Assembly: GCA_965204775.1 (NCBI GenBank)
Contig: CBDBFH010000029.1
Span: forward strand, 184,468-248,467
Reading direction: 5' to 3'
DNA length: 64,000 bases
Source of the DNA: Alphaproteobacteria bacterium
GTDB taxonomy: Bacteria > Pseudomonadota > Alphaproteobacteria > JAPOUT01 > G958296285
Shown: one piece after another, positions 37,917 to 48,321 of the stretch
Layout of the letters: each line of letters starts with the position of its first letter
Position numbering within the stretch: position 1 is the first letter of the stretch
Program-made: the position numbers and the translations under genes
Notes under the pieces: model-generated
Seen by the model: the letters and a program-made list of their open reading frames with translations, nothing else
Databases searched by the model: none
What the model was told of the DNA's origin: nothing

Positions 37917-38171
37917 TCACCCGGCCCCCGCGCCGGAAGACGCAAAAATATAGCGGGTCGCACAGTACGGGCAGACAATCGAATCCTCCGCCCCCATCTC
38001 CAGAAAAACATGCGGATGGTCAAACGGCGCGCTCGCCCCGATGCAGCGAAAACTCTTCACCCCGATCCGAATCTCCGCCAGACCCTCGTCATTCGCAAAA
38101 TGGGGAATATTTTTCTCCTTCACCACAGCGAAAAAATCCCTATCATGACCGCAGAAAGGGGGACTATTCAC
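37917..38171 (-). CDS. Zinc-finger (zf-CHCC) domain protein
   Basis: IGVKSFRCIGASAPFDHPHVFLEMGAEDSIVCPYCATRY matches the NADH-dehydrogenase-type CHCC zinc finger. Confidence 0.6.
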   Translation of the reverse strand: MNSPPFCGHDRDFFAVVKEKNIPHFANDEGLAEIRIGVKSFRCIGASAPFDHPHVFLEMGAEDSIVCPYCATRYIFASSGAGAG

Positions 38172-38201
38172 ACAGAACCCCCCAAAAGAAAAGGAGAAAG
38201 C

Positions 38202-39626
38202 ATGGCGCTTCCGGCCTCAGCCCCCGCTCAGCCGCGCGGTCAGCCGGACCGGCTCGGGCAGCAGGGCCGGCGCGGCCAGCCGGGCCGGCTCGGCCTGGGG
38301 CGGATTTGCGCCTATGCCCTGCCCGCTCTGCCGATCTCCGCGCTGGGGCTGCCGATGGCCGTCCATCTGCCCGCCTTCTACATCTATGAGATTGGAATCC
38401 CCACCGCCCTCGTCGGCTTCGCTCTCATGCTCGCCCGCCTCTGGGACGTCGGAACCGACCCGCTCATGGGCATCCTCTCCGATCGCATGGAAACCCGCTT
38501 CGGCAAGCGCCGCATCTGGCTCGTCCTCTCCATCCCGATCCTCGCCTTCTGCGCCTGGAAACTCTTTAACCCCCCCGCAGACGCCTCCTGGCTCTACCTC
38601 CTCTTCTGGCTCGTCTGCATCTATATCGGCTGGACGATGATCGTCATCTCCCACATCTCCTGGGGGGCGGAACTCTCCGACTCCTATCATGAGCGATCCG
38701 TCATTCAGGCCGTCCGCGAGGCCTTCCTCGTCATCGGCATGGTCGTCGTCCTCGCTCTGCCCGCCGCCTTCAACTGGTTCGGACTGGTCGAAACCTCGCC
38801 CCGAAACACCGTCTGGATGATGTCGCTCTACATTATCTGCTTCCTTCCAATCACCATCGGCGCCGCCGTCTTCAGCGTCGGCGAAAACCCGAAACTCACC
38901 CGCAAAACCTCCTTCTCCCTCAAACAGGCCCGCGCCATCGTCCTGGAAAACCTCCCCCTCCGGCGGCTCCTGTGCGCCGACGTCGCATCAGGACTGGGAA
39001 CCGGAACCGTCGCCGTCCTCTTCTTCCCCCTCACCCGCGAAGTCTTCCAGCTCCCCGACAGCTGGGCCAACCTCATGCTCATCGTCTACTTTCTCTCCGG
39101 CGCCGGTTTCGTCCCCCTCATGATCAAAGTCTCCCGATATTTCGGCAAACACCGAACCCTCGCCTACTCCTCCCTCTTCAACGCCGTCTGTCTCCTCTAC
39201 CTCCTCATCATGCCCGCGCAGGCGCCCTATCTCGCCCTCTTTGTCTGGGTCATCCTCGGCTGCAACATGGCGGTCGGCCCCTTCCTGTTGCGCTCGATCA
39301 TGGCCGACGTCAGCGAACACGACGCCGCCGAAACCGAAACCCGCCAAAAAACCGGACTCTTCATCTCCCTCCTCACCCTGACCAGCAAACTCGGCTGGGC
39401 GCTCGCCGCCGGGATCGCCCTGCCTCTCGTGCAGCTGATGGGCTTCGATTCCCGCATCGACAACCCGCCCGAAGTGATCGACCGTCTGCGCGCCTTCTAC
39501 GTCTTCTTCCCGGCGGCGCTGGGCCTGCTCGCGGCGGCGGTGATGTGGAACTTCCCCATCGATCAGGCCCGCCAGGAGCACAATCGCGCCCGGATCGCCG
39601 CCCGCGAACAGACCTCCTCCGCCTAG
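38202..39626 (+). CDS. MFS transporter, glycoside-pentoside-hexuronide (GPH) cation-symporter family
   Basis: Strong AAGGAG RBS; GPH signature ARLWDVGTDPLMGILSDR; 12 TM helices. Confidence 0.75.
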   Translation: MALPASAPAQPRGQPDRLGQQGRRGQPGRLGLGRICAYALPALPISALGLPMAVHLPAFYIYEIGIPTALVGFALMLARLWDVGTDPLMGILSDRMETRFGKRRIWLVLSIPILAFCAWKLFNPPADASWLYLLFWLVCIYIGWTMIVISHISWGAELSDSYHERSVIQAVREAFLVIGMVVVLALPAAFNWFGLVETSPRNTVWMMSLYIICFLPITIGAAVFSVGENPKLTRKTSFSLKQARAIVLENLPLRRLLCADVASGLGTGTVAVLFFPLTREVFQLPDSWANLMLIVYFLSGAGFVPLMIKVSRYFGKHRTLAYSSLFNAVCLLYLLIMPAQAPYLALFVWVILGCNMAVGPFLLRSIMADVSEHDAAETETRQKTGLFISLLTLTSKLGWALAAGIALPLVQLMGFDSRIDNPPEVIDRLRAFYVFFPAALGLLAAAVMWNFPIDQARQEHNRARIAAREQTSSA

Positions 39627-40861
39627 CAGCACCCCGCGCCGCGCCGCGCCGACGCCACCGCCAAATCCGAAGCCGCTTGCGTCTGCGCAAACTCTTCCCG
39701 CGCGCTTTGGCGCAAGGCGGGATCGCACATGAAATCCAGCGCCGTCATCGCCAGCGCCTTCGCCCCGTCGAGCGCGGCCTTGTCCCCGGAAGGACTCGCC
39801 GCATGGCGGGCGAAATCCGGATGGTGAATCACCACATTCGCGGGCGCGGCGGCGATCATCGGATGAATCGACGGAACCCGGTGACTGACATTCCCCATAT
39901 CGGTGCTGATTACGGCATTCGCAGGCAGCTGTTCGGGCGGGAAGAACGCGCGCCCGATGGCGCGGGCGTTGGCCTCATAGGCCCCGGTGAGGGCGGCGTT
40001 GTTTTTGAGGTCAAGATAGTCCACCGGACTCCAGTTGATCCGCAGCTGCGACCCCGAAGCCTCCGCGCCCGCCCGGAAGCAGCCCTCCACGCGGGCGCGC
40101 AAATCGGCCAGGCGCGGGGCCGTCGCCGCCCGCACGAAAAAACACGCCGCCGCCCGGTCCGGCACAACATTCGGAACCACGCCCCCCTCGGTGATGATCC
40201 CGTGAATCCGCTCGCTGGGCCGGATATGCTGGCGCAATTGCGCAATCGCCTGATAGGCCGTGATCAATCCGTCGAGTGCGTTGATCCCGCGATGAGGCAT
40301 CGCAGCGGCATGGGCGCTGCGGCCTTCATAGACAATCTCGACCTCGCTCACGCACAAGGCCCCGACCGCCGCCAGGTCCAGCCCGGCAGGGTGAACCATC
40401 AGCGCCGCCGCCGTGCCCTCGAAAGCCCCGGCCCCGGCCATGATCTCCTTGCCGCCGCCGCGCTCCTCCGCCGGAGTCCCCAGATAGCGCACCCGCCCCG
40501 GAAGACGATCCTCCAGTCTGGCCAGCGCCAGCGCCGCGCCCAGCCCGGCAGCCGCAATAATATTATGCCCGCAGGCATGGCCGATCCCCGGAAGCGCGTC
40601 ATATTCCGACAAAATCGCAACCTCTACGCCCCCCGCCCGGCCAAAAGACGCCGCATAAGCCGTCTCCAGGCCAAACACGCCCCGCTGCACGTCAAGCCCC
40701 GCCCGCTCGGCCCGCCCCGACAAATTCGCCGCCGCCTTCTTCTCCTCAAAGGCCAACTCGGGGGCGGCGTGAATCTCATGACTCGCCGCCAGCAGATCGG
40801 CCTGCATCGCGTCGATGATCTTCACCGCGTCCCGCTTCAGATTTTTGGCAGATTCGGTCAT
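39623..40861 (-). CDS. M20-family amidohydrolase (hippurate hydrolase / AbgB-like)
   Basis: GHACGHNIIAAAG, GTPAEERGGGK metal-binding motifs. Confidence 0.8.
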   Translation of the reverse strand: MTESAKNLKRDAVKIIDAMQADLLAASHEIHAAPELAFEEKKAAANLSGRAERAGLDVQRGVFGLETAYAASFGRAGGVEVAILSEYDALPGIGHACGHNIIAAAGLGAALALARLEDRLPGRVRYLGTPAEERGGGKEIMAGAGAFEGTAAALMVHPAGLDLAAVGALCVSEVEIVYEGRSAHAAAMPHRGINALDGLITAYQAIAQLRQHIRPSERIHGIITEGGVVPNVVPDRAAACFFVRAATAPRLADLRARVEGCFRAGAEASGSQLRINWSPVDYLDLKNNAALTGAYEANARAIGRAFFPPEQLPANAVISTDMGNVSHRVPSIHPMIAAAPANVVIHHPDFARHAASPSGDKAALDGAKALAMTALDFMCDPALRQSAREEFAQTQAASDLAVASARRGAGCC

Positions 40862-40869
40862 GATCTCAA

Positions 40870-41664
40870 TCAGCGCCGGGCGAAAGGCGTCAGGCTTAAA
40901 TGCATCCCGGCGTCGCTGAGCAGCGTCTCCCCCGTGATGTGCCGCGCCCCCTCGCCGCACAAAAAGAGCACCGCGTCGGAAACCAGATCCGGCGTTCCCG
41001 CCTGTTTGAGCGGCGTTGTCTCCTCCTGCATCTTTACCAGCCCGGCATAGGTCTTTTCGTCAAAGCGGTCCCGAAACCAGCGCGTGCCGATAAAGCCGGG
41101 ACAGACCGCGTTGACCCGAATCTCCGGAGCCAGCGCGCGGGCCAGACTCAGCGTCATCGTGTTCAGCGCCCCCTTCGAGGCGGCATAGGCAATCGAAGAG
41201 CCGATCCCCGAAACCCCCGCAATCGAAGAAATGTTGACCACCGCCCCCATGCCCTGCTTCTTCATATGCGGCGCGGCGGCGCGGATCATCTGATAGGGGG
41301 CGGCGACGTTGATCTTGTAGAGATCGAGAAAGTCCTGCGCGCTGAGCGCATCGAGGTCCTTGTGGTTGGCGAATTTGGTTGTCCCGGCATTGTTGACCAG
41401 AATGTCCAGCCGCCCCCACTTCTCGATTGTCCGCGAGACGATCCGGCGGCACTGGACGTCGTCGCCGACGTCGCCGCGCATCAACAGCGCCTCGCCCCCC
41501 GCCTCGGTGCAGCGCGCAATCGTCTGCTGGGCCTCCTTGATGCTCTTTGTGCAATTGATCGCAACCCGAACCCCCCGCGCCGCCAGTTTATACGCCACCT
41601 CCGCGCCCAGACCCGTCGCCGAGCCGGTCACAATCGCGGTCTTGCCCTCAAAAAACTGCATCAT
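40870..41664 (-). CDS. SDR-family oxidoreductase
   Basis: TGSATGLG Rossmann motif, NNAG, and S..YxxxK catalytic triad (ISSIAGVSG..YAASK); GGAGAG RBS. Confidence 0.8.
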   Translation of the reverse strand: MMQFFEGKTAIVTGSATGLGAEVAYKLAARGVRVAINCTKSIKEAQQTIARCTEAGGEALLMRGDVGDDVQCRRIVSRTIEKWGRLDILVNNAGTTKFANHKDLDALSAQDFLDLYKINVAAPYQMIRAAAPHMKKQGMGAVVNISSIAGVSGIGSSIAYAASKGALNTMTLSLARALAPEIRVNAVCPGFIGTRWFRDRFDEKTYAGLVKMQEETTPLKQAGTPDLVSDAVLFLCGEGARHITGETLLSDAGMHLSLTPFARR

Positions 41665-41766
41665 CTTTGCTCTCCGTCCGTCAATTATAGCGCGGGCCAA
41701 AAAATCGGACCGCAATGTAAATTATGCTAGGTTTCGGCTTTCGTAAACCGGGGGATTATCCGCCTG

Positions 41767-42606
41767 ATGTCGAAAGCCGCTTTGAAGCAGGCTCGCCTGA
41801 AACAGGCTCAGTCCGATCCCGTCTGGGAGGAGATTCGGGAGGAGGCCCGCCGCTTCGCCGCGCGTGAAGCGCAGGCCGCCCGCTTCCTCCAGGAGGCCAT
41901 TCTCCGCCATGACCGCTTCGAGGAGGCATGGGTCGCCATTCTCGCCGAGGCGCTCGCCGGGGGCGGGTTCAGCTCCGGGGAGCTGCGGGAGAGTTTCGCC
42001 GCCCTCCTCCGCGAAACCCCCGCGCTGGCCGAAGAGGCCCGCGCCGACATCGCCGCCATCCGCGACCGCGACCCCGCCTGCCTCCACTGGCTTGCCCCGC
42101 TTCTCTATTTCAAGGGTTTTCATGCGCTGTCCACGCATCGCTTCGCCCATGCGCTCTGGGCCGGGGGAGGGCGGATTTTGCCTCTGCATCTGCAGTCGCG
42201 GGTGAGCGCGATATGGGGGGTGGACATCCATCCCGCCGCCCAAATCGGGAGCGGGGTGATGATCGATCATGCGACCGGCGTGGTCATCGGCGAAACGGCG
42301 GTGGTCGAGGACGACGTCTCAATGCTGCACGGGGTGACCCTTGGCGGCACCGGGCGCGAGGCCGGCGGCCGGCATCCGAAGATTCGGCGCGGCGTTCTGA
42401 TCGGAGCGGGGGCGTGTATTCTGGGCAATATTGAGATCGGCGCGCGCGCGCTGATCGGCGCGGGCTCGGTGGTTCTGGAGCCGATCCCGGCGGGGGCGAC
42501 GGCGGTCGGGATTCCGGCGCGGGTGATCTCGCCTCCGGCGCGCCGCCGCGAACCGGCTCCGGCCCGCGCCATGGAGCACCGCATACCCCCAAGCGGCAAA
42601 GACTAG
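41767..42606 (+). CDS. cysE: Serine O-acetyltransferase
   Basis: N-terminal SATase helical domain plus hexapeptide-repeat left-handed beta helix (GVDIHPAAQIGSGVMIDHATGVVIGE). Confidence 0.85.
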   Translation: MSKAALKQARLKQAQSDPVWEEIREEARRFAAREAQAARFLQEAILRHDRFEEAWVAILAEALAGGGFSSGELRESFAALLRETPALAEEARADIAAIRDRDPACLHWLAPLLYFKGFHALSTHRFAHALWAGGGRILPLHLQSRVSAIWGVDIHPAAQIGSGVMIDHATGVVIGETAVVEDDVSMLHGVTLGGTGREAGGRHPKIRRGVLIGAGACILGNIEIGARALIGAGSVVLEPIPAGATAVGIPARVISPPARRREPAPARAMEHRIPPSGKD

Positions 42607-43349
42607 CCTTCCGGCTTCTCCCGGAAGCGCGCCACCAGACTGCGCAACGCCGCGTCCAACTCCCGCCACCGCTCAAGATGGGCGCGCTTGAACCCGTAGG
42701 TCAGCGAAAGCCCGTCCTCCAGCAATAACGTCCGCCGGCAGCCCGGCGAAGGAACCCGCGGAATATCCAGAAAACAGATCAAAAGCGCAAAACGGCCCGC
42801 TGCGTCCGTGCCGGTCAGCACTTCTTCGTCGGCGCGGCCCGAACCCGAACTGAGCCGGTAGCGCCGAAGATCGGAGGCCGCCGGATGCGGCTCGCCGGGC
42901 AGAACATATTTCCGGTAAAATTGCTCAAACCGCTCCTCGCCGCCCAGGGCCGGACGGCGCTCCAGCAGCCAGAAGCGAACCAGACGCGAAGCCGCGCTCT
43001 CGCTCTCGAAGCGCTCCCAGTTCTCCAGCGTATAGGGAACCAGCTGCGGGCCAAGCGCATGAAGCGCAATACGCCCGGACCCGCCCGCGCCCGCCTCGCT
43101 CCGAATATAATTGCGCGGAATGTAAAACACCGACTCCCCCAGATTCACCTCGGCAATATCGCCGCTCATCTCGAAGGCCGGACTGCGCCCCGCCAGATCC
43201 TGCAGGCGCGGCTGAAAAATCAGCCCCGCCGCCCCCAGACCCGCCAGACACAGCAAAGCCCCCGCCCCCAGAAACACCGGCGTTCCCCAGGGCGAGTCAT
43301 AAAAAAAGCGGCTGAATCTCGGCCAAAACCGGGCGGCAGGCACAAACAC
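42603..43349 (-). CDS. Hypothetical membrane-anchored protein
   Basis: ORF with one N-terminal TM segment; GTG/TTG start region with an AAGGAG-like box; no identifiable domain. Confidence 0.4.
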   Translation of the reverse strand: MFVPAARFWPRFSRFFYDSPWGTPVFLGAGALLCLAGLGAAGLIFQPRLQDLAGRSPAFEMSGDIAEVNLGESVFYIPRNYIRSEAGAGGSGRIALHALGPQLVPYTLENWERFESESAASRLVRFWLLERRPALGGEERFEQFYRKYVLPGEPHPAASDLRRYRLSSGSGRADEEVLTGTDAAGRFALLICFLDIPRVPSPGCRRTLLLEDGLSLTYGFKRAHLERWRELDAALRSLVARFREKPEG

Positions 43350-43453
43350 TCCTTTACGCCTGTAAGGGCATTTTCTGTATTCCTGGCGGTGGATTATGCC
43401 GTTTCAGCCTGTATAATAAAACCTCTTTAAACCATGCGCGGGGAGGACAGGCG

Positions 43454-44233
43454 ATGGGCGAGAGGCAATTTTGTCAAGTCGAGCAGGACGGCCACCTGCT
43501 GATCGTGACCATGAACAGGCCGGAGCGGCTCAATGCGCTGCATCCTCCGGCGAACCACGAACTGGCTGAAGTCTTTGACACCTTCGCCGCCGACCCGGAG
43601 CAATGGGTGGCGATCATCACCGGCGCGGGCGACCGGGGTTTTTCCGCCGGGAACGACCTGCGCTATCAGGCGGAAGGCCATGCGCTGGTCATGCCGGAGG
43701 CAGGCTTCGGCGGCCTGAGCAACCGCTATGACCGCGACAAGCCGGTGATCGCCGCGGTCAACGGGGTGGCGATGGGCGGCGGCTTCGAGATTGCGCTGGC
43801 CTGCGACCTGATCATCGCCGCCGAGACGGCGCGCTTCGCCCTGCCGGAGCCGCGCGTCGGCCTCGCCGCCCTGGCCGGCGGCCTCCACCGCCTGCCGCGC
43901 CAGATACCGCTCAAGCAGGCGCTGGGCATGATCCTCACCGGACGCCACGTCTCCGCCGAGGAGGGCCAAACGCTGGGCTTCGTCAACAAGGTCGTGCCGC
44001 CGGGCGAACTCATGGCCGAGGCCCGGCGCTGGGCCGAGATGATCCTCGCCTGCTCGCCGGTCTCGCTGCGCACCTCGATGCAGGTCGTGCGCGAAGGGCT
44101 GACCGAGGCCTCGCTGGAGACCGCCTTCCGCGGCTCCGGCGACGCCATCAGACGGCTCCTGGCCAGCGAGGACGCCAAAGAAGGGCCGCTCGCCTTCGCC
44201 GAAAAGCGCGCCCCCCGGTGGAAAGGCCGCTAG
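43454..44233 (+). CDS. Enoyl-CoA hydratase/isomerase (crotonase family)
   Basis: AAVNGVAMGGGFEIALACDLIIAAE oxyanion-hole motif. Confidence 0.85.
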   Translation: MGERQFCQVEQDGHLLIVTMNRPERLNALHPPANHELAEVFDTFAADPEQWVAIITGAGDRGFSAGNDLRYQAEGHALVMPEAGFGGLSNRYDRDKPVIAAVNGVAMGGGFEIALACDLIIAAETARFALPEPRVGLAALAGGLHRLPRQIPLKQALGMILTGRHVSAEEGQTLGFVNKVVPPGELMAEARRWAEMILACSPVSLRTSMQVVREGLTEASLETAFRGSGDAIRRLLASEDAKEGPLAFAEKRAPRWKGR

Positions 44234-44246
44234 CCCCGGAACCGGC

Positions 44247-44681
44247 ATGACCACCGTCGCCGCCATCCTCAGCGAGAAAGGCTCTCAGGTCTCGACCATC
44301 GCACCCGGCGAGACTCTCGGAGACGCCGCCGGCCTCCTGCACAGCAAGGGGATCGGCGCGCTGATCGTCCTCGGCGAAGGCGAGGGCGTCTCCGGGATCA
44401 TCTCCGAGCGCGACGTCGTCGCGGCGGTCGCCAAAAACGGCGCGCAGGCCCTCGCCGAGCCGGTCAGCCGCCACATGGCCGCCCGGGTCATCTCCTGCCG
44501 GCCTGCCGACCCGATCATCCGCCTGATGAGCATCATGACCCGGCGGCGCTTCCGCCACCTGCCCGTCGTCGAGGACGGCAAATTGTGCGGGATCATCTCA
44601 ATCGGCGACGTCGTCAAGTGGCGAATCGAGCAGACCGAAAAGGAAGCCGAAGCCCTGCGCGGCTATATCGCCTCCGGCTAG
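44247..44681 (+). CDS. CBS-domain pair protein
   Basis: Two CBS motifs (GIGALIV.., GIISIGDVV). Confidence 0.8.
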   Translation: MTTVAAILSEKGSQVSTIAPGETLGDAAGLLHSKGIGALIVLGEGEGVSGIISERDVVAAVAKNGAQALAEPVSRHMAARVISCRPADPIIRLMSIMTRRRFRHLPVVEDGKLCGIISIGDVVKWRIEQTEKEAEALRGYIASG

Positions 44682-45637
44682 ACGAGAATCTCCATCGCCT
44701 CCTCGATCCAGGGCAGGACGTGCCCGGTCGCGGCCCGGCCCAGCTCGATGGCCTCCTCCGCATGCTCGAAGCCCAGCAGACTGATATGCCCGACGCGGGG
44801 CGCAATGGTCACGTCGGGAGGGTCGCCCGCCATCCGCGAGCGCGCGAGGCGGTCCTGCACGATGTTCAAAGCCGCCAGCATGACGCTGGTCAGGCCCGGC
44901 GCGCGCGGTCCGGAGCCGAACAGCTGGCGCATCAGCATTTTATGCGCAGAGCTTTCGCCGGGCGGCTCCTCGCCGGTCAGGCCGTTTTCGGACAGGGGCG
45001 CGCCGCGGCTCGTGCTGGCCTTGCCGAAGGCGTCGCGGTTGAGGTTGACCGCGATCACCAGCCGCGCCCCGAAGGCCCGGCAGACCGAAACCGGAACCGG
45101 ATTGACCAGCGCGCCGTCGATCAGCCAGCGCCCCTCGTGATGGACCGGAGAAAAGACGCCGGGCAGCGCATAGGAGGCCTGCAGGGCCTCGACAAGGGGG
45201 CCTTCGCGAATCCAGATTTCGTGGCCGGTGGCGAGTTCGGCGGTCACGCTGATGAACTCGCGGCTGAGGGATTCGATCCGCTGCCCGCCCAGATGATCGC
45301 GCAAGGCTTTGGCGAAGCGGCGGCCCCGAATCAGGCCCGATCCGCCCAGCCGCAGGTCGAGCAGGCTGAACAGCCGCCGCCGGGTGAGGGTGCGGGCGAA
45401 GTCTTCCAGTTCGGTGAGTTTGCCTGCCGCATAACAGCCCCCGGCGACCGCACCGATTGAAGTTCCGGCGATGATGTCGGGGGCGAAGCCGGCCTCTTCC
45501 AGGGTGCGCAGGACTCCGATATGCGCCCAGCCGCGCGCCACGCCGCTGCCCAGGGCCAGCCCGATCAGGGGGCGCGAGACCTTCCCGCGCGCCGGAGCCG
45601 AAGATGTCTTGTCAGAGGCGGGTTGGAGTAGGGGCAT
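44678..45637 (-). CDS. Patatin-like phospholipase
   Basis: [18 protein letters not shown] glycine-rich loop plus GTSIGA (GxSxG) and a DGA motif. Confidence 0.75.
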   Translation of the reverse strand: MPLLQPASDKTSSAPARGKVSRPLIGLALGSGVARGWAHIGVLRTLEEAGFAPDIIAGTSIGAVAGGCYAAGKLTELEDFARTLTRRRLFSLLDLRLGGSGLIRGRRFAKALRDHLGGQRIESLSREFISVTAELATGHEIWIREGPLVEALQASYALPGVFSPVHHEGRWLIDGALVNPVPVSVCRAFGARLVIAVNLNRDAFGKASTSRGAPLSENGLTGEEPPGESSAHKMLMRQLFGSGPRAPGLTSVMLAALNIVQDRLARSRMAGDPPDVTIAPRVGHISLLGFEHAEEAIELGRAATGHVLPWIEEAMEILV

Positions 45638-46154
45638 CCCCGTAGACCTGCGCCGGATCGAACACTTTTTCTTTCTCCCGGAACTCAAGGCGAACGCCCT
45701 TGCCGCCCGCCGCCGTAACCGCGCGGTAGAAGCAGGAGCGGTAGCCGACATGGCAGCTGGCGCCGCTCCCGCCAACCGCGACCTTGAGCCAGATGGCGTC
45801 CTGATCGTCATCGACGCGCATTTCAATCACCTTCTGGATCAGGCCGCTCGTCTCCCCCTTGCGCCAGAGGCTTTGGCGCGAGCGGCTCCAGTAATGGGCT
45901 TCGCCGGTCTCAATCGTGCGAGTCAGGGCCTCGCGATTCATATAGCCCAGCATGAGAACCTCGCCGGTGGCGGCGTCGGTGGTAATCGCCGGAATCAGAC
46001 CCTGCGCGTCAAATTTGGGGGCAAAGAGACGGCCCTCCTCAACCGCCTCCACCGACCGGCGCGGCGCAAGGGAAACCGGCGGCGCGCCGGTCGGCGGCGC
46101 GCCAGTCGGCGGTGCGCCACTTGGTGGCGAGCCACTTAGTGGCGAGCCACTCAT
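45612..46154 (-). CDS. hisI: Phosphoribosyl-AMP cyclohydrolase with repeat-containing N-terminal extension
   Basis: [42 protein letters not shown]-terminus carries 5 x 15-bp in-frame repeats (SGxPP-type). Confidence 0.85.
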   Translation of the reverse strand: MSGSPLSGSPPSGAPPTGAPPTGAPPVSLAPRRSVEAVEEGRLFAPKFDAQGLIPAITTDAATGEVLMLGYMNREALTRTIETGEAHYWSRSRQSLWRKGETSGLIQKVIEMRVDDDQDAIWLKVAVGGSGASCHVGYRSCFYRAVTAAGGKGVRLEFREKEKVFDPAQVYGDAPTPTRL

Positions 46155-46155
46155 G
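46081..46155 (-). repeat. 5 tandem copies of a 15-bp in-frame unit at the 5' end of hisI
   Basis: ggcgcgccggtcggc / ggcgcgccagtcggc / ggtgcgccacttggt / ggcgagccacttagt / ggcgagccactcatg. Confidence 0.85.
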
Positions 46156-46795
46156 CGCCGCTCTCGCCGGAAACGATGCGCAAAAAGCGATCCTCCAGCT
46201 TTTTGTCCTCGCGGAAGGCTCCGGAAAAGGCGGTCGTAATGGTCGCTACGTCCGGCTTGTGAACCCCGCGCGTCGTCATGCACTGATGTTTGGCCGTAAT
46301 CATCACCGCCGCGCCCTTCGGCTCAAGATGCTCGTCGAGGGCATCCTTGATCTGCTGGGTCATCGTCTCTTGAGTCTGCAGGCGGCGGGCGTAGACCTCG
46401 ACCACCCGCGCCAGCTTCGAGATGCCGACAACCTTGCGCGCCGGCAGATAGGCAAGATGGGCAACCCCCAAAAAGGGAACCATGTGATGCTCGCAATGCG
46501 ATTCAACCGCGATATCGCGCAAAATGACCATATCGTCGTATCCGCCGACATCCTCGAAGGTGCGGGAGAGAAACGCGCCCGGATCCTGGCTGTAGCCGGA
46601 GAAGAATTCGCCATAGGCATCAACCACCCTCTCCGGCGTCTTGCGCAGGCCCTCGCGCCCCGGATCATCGCCTGCCCAGGCGATCAGGGTGCGCACGGCT
46701 TCTTCGGCCTCTTCGCGCGAGGGCCGGGCGGCGGGCCGCTTGCCTTCGCGCAGAGCCGTCTTGGCCCGCTTCAGATCATAGGTTGCCGCATCCAT
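46151..46795 (-). CDS. folE: GTP cyclohydrolase I
   Basis: [25 protein letters not shown] signature. Confidence 0.9.
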   Translation of the reverse strand: MDAATYDLKRAKTALREGKRPAARPSREEAEEAVRTLIAWAGDDPGREGLRKTPERVVDAYGEFFSGYSQDPGAFLSRTFEDVGGYDDMVILRDIAVESHCEHHMVPFLGVAHLAYLPARKVVGISKLARVVEVYARRLQTQETMTQQIKDALDEHLEPKGAAVMITAKHQCMTTRGVHKPDVATITTAFSGAFREDKKLEDRFLRIVSGESGA

Positions 46796-46887
46796 GGCTT
46801 TATCCTAACTTTTGGGTGATTTGGCCTGATGTCCGGAATTTTATCCGGGCAAAAGATTGATAAAGGATTGCCCGCGGCGACGCTACC

Positions 46888-48321
46888 ATGAAATCCGGCG
46901 CAAAACAAAGCCCCGCCGCGGGCGGCGCGGGCCGGACGGCGGACGCGGTTTTGCGCCTCTTCGACACGCGGCGCGGACGCAAGCAGGCCTTCGCTCCCCG
47001 CGACCCGGCCCGGGCGACCCTCTATGTCTGCGGCCCGACGGTCTATGGCCCGATCCATATCGGCAATGCCCGCCCGGCGGTGGTTTTCGATCTTCTGGCC
47101 CGCATCTTGCGCGGCCTCTGTCCGCAACTCGTCTATGTCCGCAACATCACCGACATTGATGACAAGATCATCGCGGCGGCCCATAGCGCCGGGGTCAGGC
47201 CGGAGGCGGTCGCGCGCAAATTCGCCAACCGCTACCGCGAGGACATGCAGGCTCTGGGCGTCGCCCCGCCCGATGTCGAGCCTGCCGCCACCGGCCATAT
47301 CCCGGCGATGCGGGAGATGATCGAAAAACTGCTCGCCGCCGGTCATGCCTATGAGGCCGAGGGGCATGTGCTCTTTCATGTTCCCTCTTTTGCCGATTAC
47401 GGCGCGCTGTCCCACCGGCGCCGCGAGGATATGGTCGCAGGCGCGCGGGTCGAGGTCGCGCCCTACAAGAAAGACCCCGCCGATTTCGTCCTCTGGAAGC
47501 CTTCGCCCGCAGACCTTCCGGGCTGGGAGAGTCCGTGGGGGCGGGGGCGTCCGGGCTGGCATATCGAGTGCTCGGCGATGATCGCGGCCCATCTGGGCGC
47601 GGCGGTGGACATTCACGGCGGCGGGCAGGACCTGATCTTCCCCCACCACGAAAACGAGCGCGCCCAGAGCATCTGCGCCCGGGCAGCCGGAGGCCCGCCC
47701 GGCGGCGGCCTGGCCGGCATATGGATGCATAATGGTATGGTCAATATGGGTTCGGAGAAGATGTCGAAATCGCAGGGCAATGTGATCGAGGTTGGCGCGC
47801 TGGCCCGGAACTGGCCGGGCGAGGCGCTGCGTCTTGCTTTGCTGACCGCCCACTACCGCCAGCCTCTGGACTGGACGGCGGAGACCCCGGCGGCGGCGGT
47901 CAGCATGCTCGACCGCCTCTATGGGGCCTTGCGCGGGAGCGGGGAGGCCGGTGCGCCTGATGAGGCGGTCCGGGCGGCGCTGCTGGATGATCTCAACACG
48001 CCGAAGGCGCTGGCCCGGCTTTTTGCGCTGGCGCAGGAGGCCAACCGCTCTGAAGGCCGCGAGAAGGCGCAGGCCCAGGCGCAGCTACGGGCGAGCGGGG
48101 CGCTGCTGGGTCTGCTGCAGGATGCGGCATGGTTTGAGCGCGGCAAGGATGCGGACAGGGCCGGGATTGAGCAGCTGGTCGCCCGGCGGGAGGAGGCGCG
48201 CGCCGCCGGTGATTTTGCCGAAGCCGACCGGTTGCGCGATCAGTTGGAGGCTATGGGCGTGCGCCTCGAAGACGGAACCGGGGGGACGCGCTGGCGGATG
48301 CACAGGCGGCGGCAGGCATGA
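46888..48321 (+). CDS. cysS: Cysteinyl-tRNA synthetase
   Basis: LYVCGPTVYGPIHIGNAR (HIGH), KMSKSQGN. Confidence 0.9.
   Translation: MKSGAKQSPAAGGAGRTADAVLRLFDTRRGRKQAFAPRDPARATLYVCGPTVYGPIHIGNARPAVVFDLLARILRGLCPQLVYVRNITDIDDKIIAAAHSAGVRPEAVARKFANRYREDMQALGVAPPDVEPAATGHIPAMREMIEKLLAAGHAYEAEGHVLFHVPSFADYGALSHRRREDMVAGARVEVAPYKKDPADFVLWKPSPADLPGWESPWGRGRPGWHIECSAMIAAHLGAAVDIHGGGQDLIFPHHENERAQSICARAAGGPPGGGLAGIWMHNGMVNMGSEKMSKSQGNVIEVGALARNWPGEALRLALLTAHYRQPLDWTAETPAAAVSMLDRLYGALRGSGEAGAPDEAVRAALLDDLNTPKALARLFALAQEANRSEGREKAQAQAQLRASGALLGLLQDAAWFERGKDADRAGIEQLVARREEARAAGDFAEADRLRDQLEAMGVRLEDGTGGTRWRMHRRRQA

Noticed and set aside
38972-41050. 692-aa plus-strand ORF
   Set aside because: Overlaps the MFS transporter, M20 hydrolase and SDR genes in alternative frames; Arg/Pro-rich artefact.
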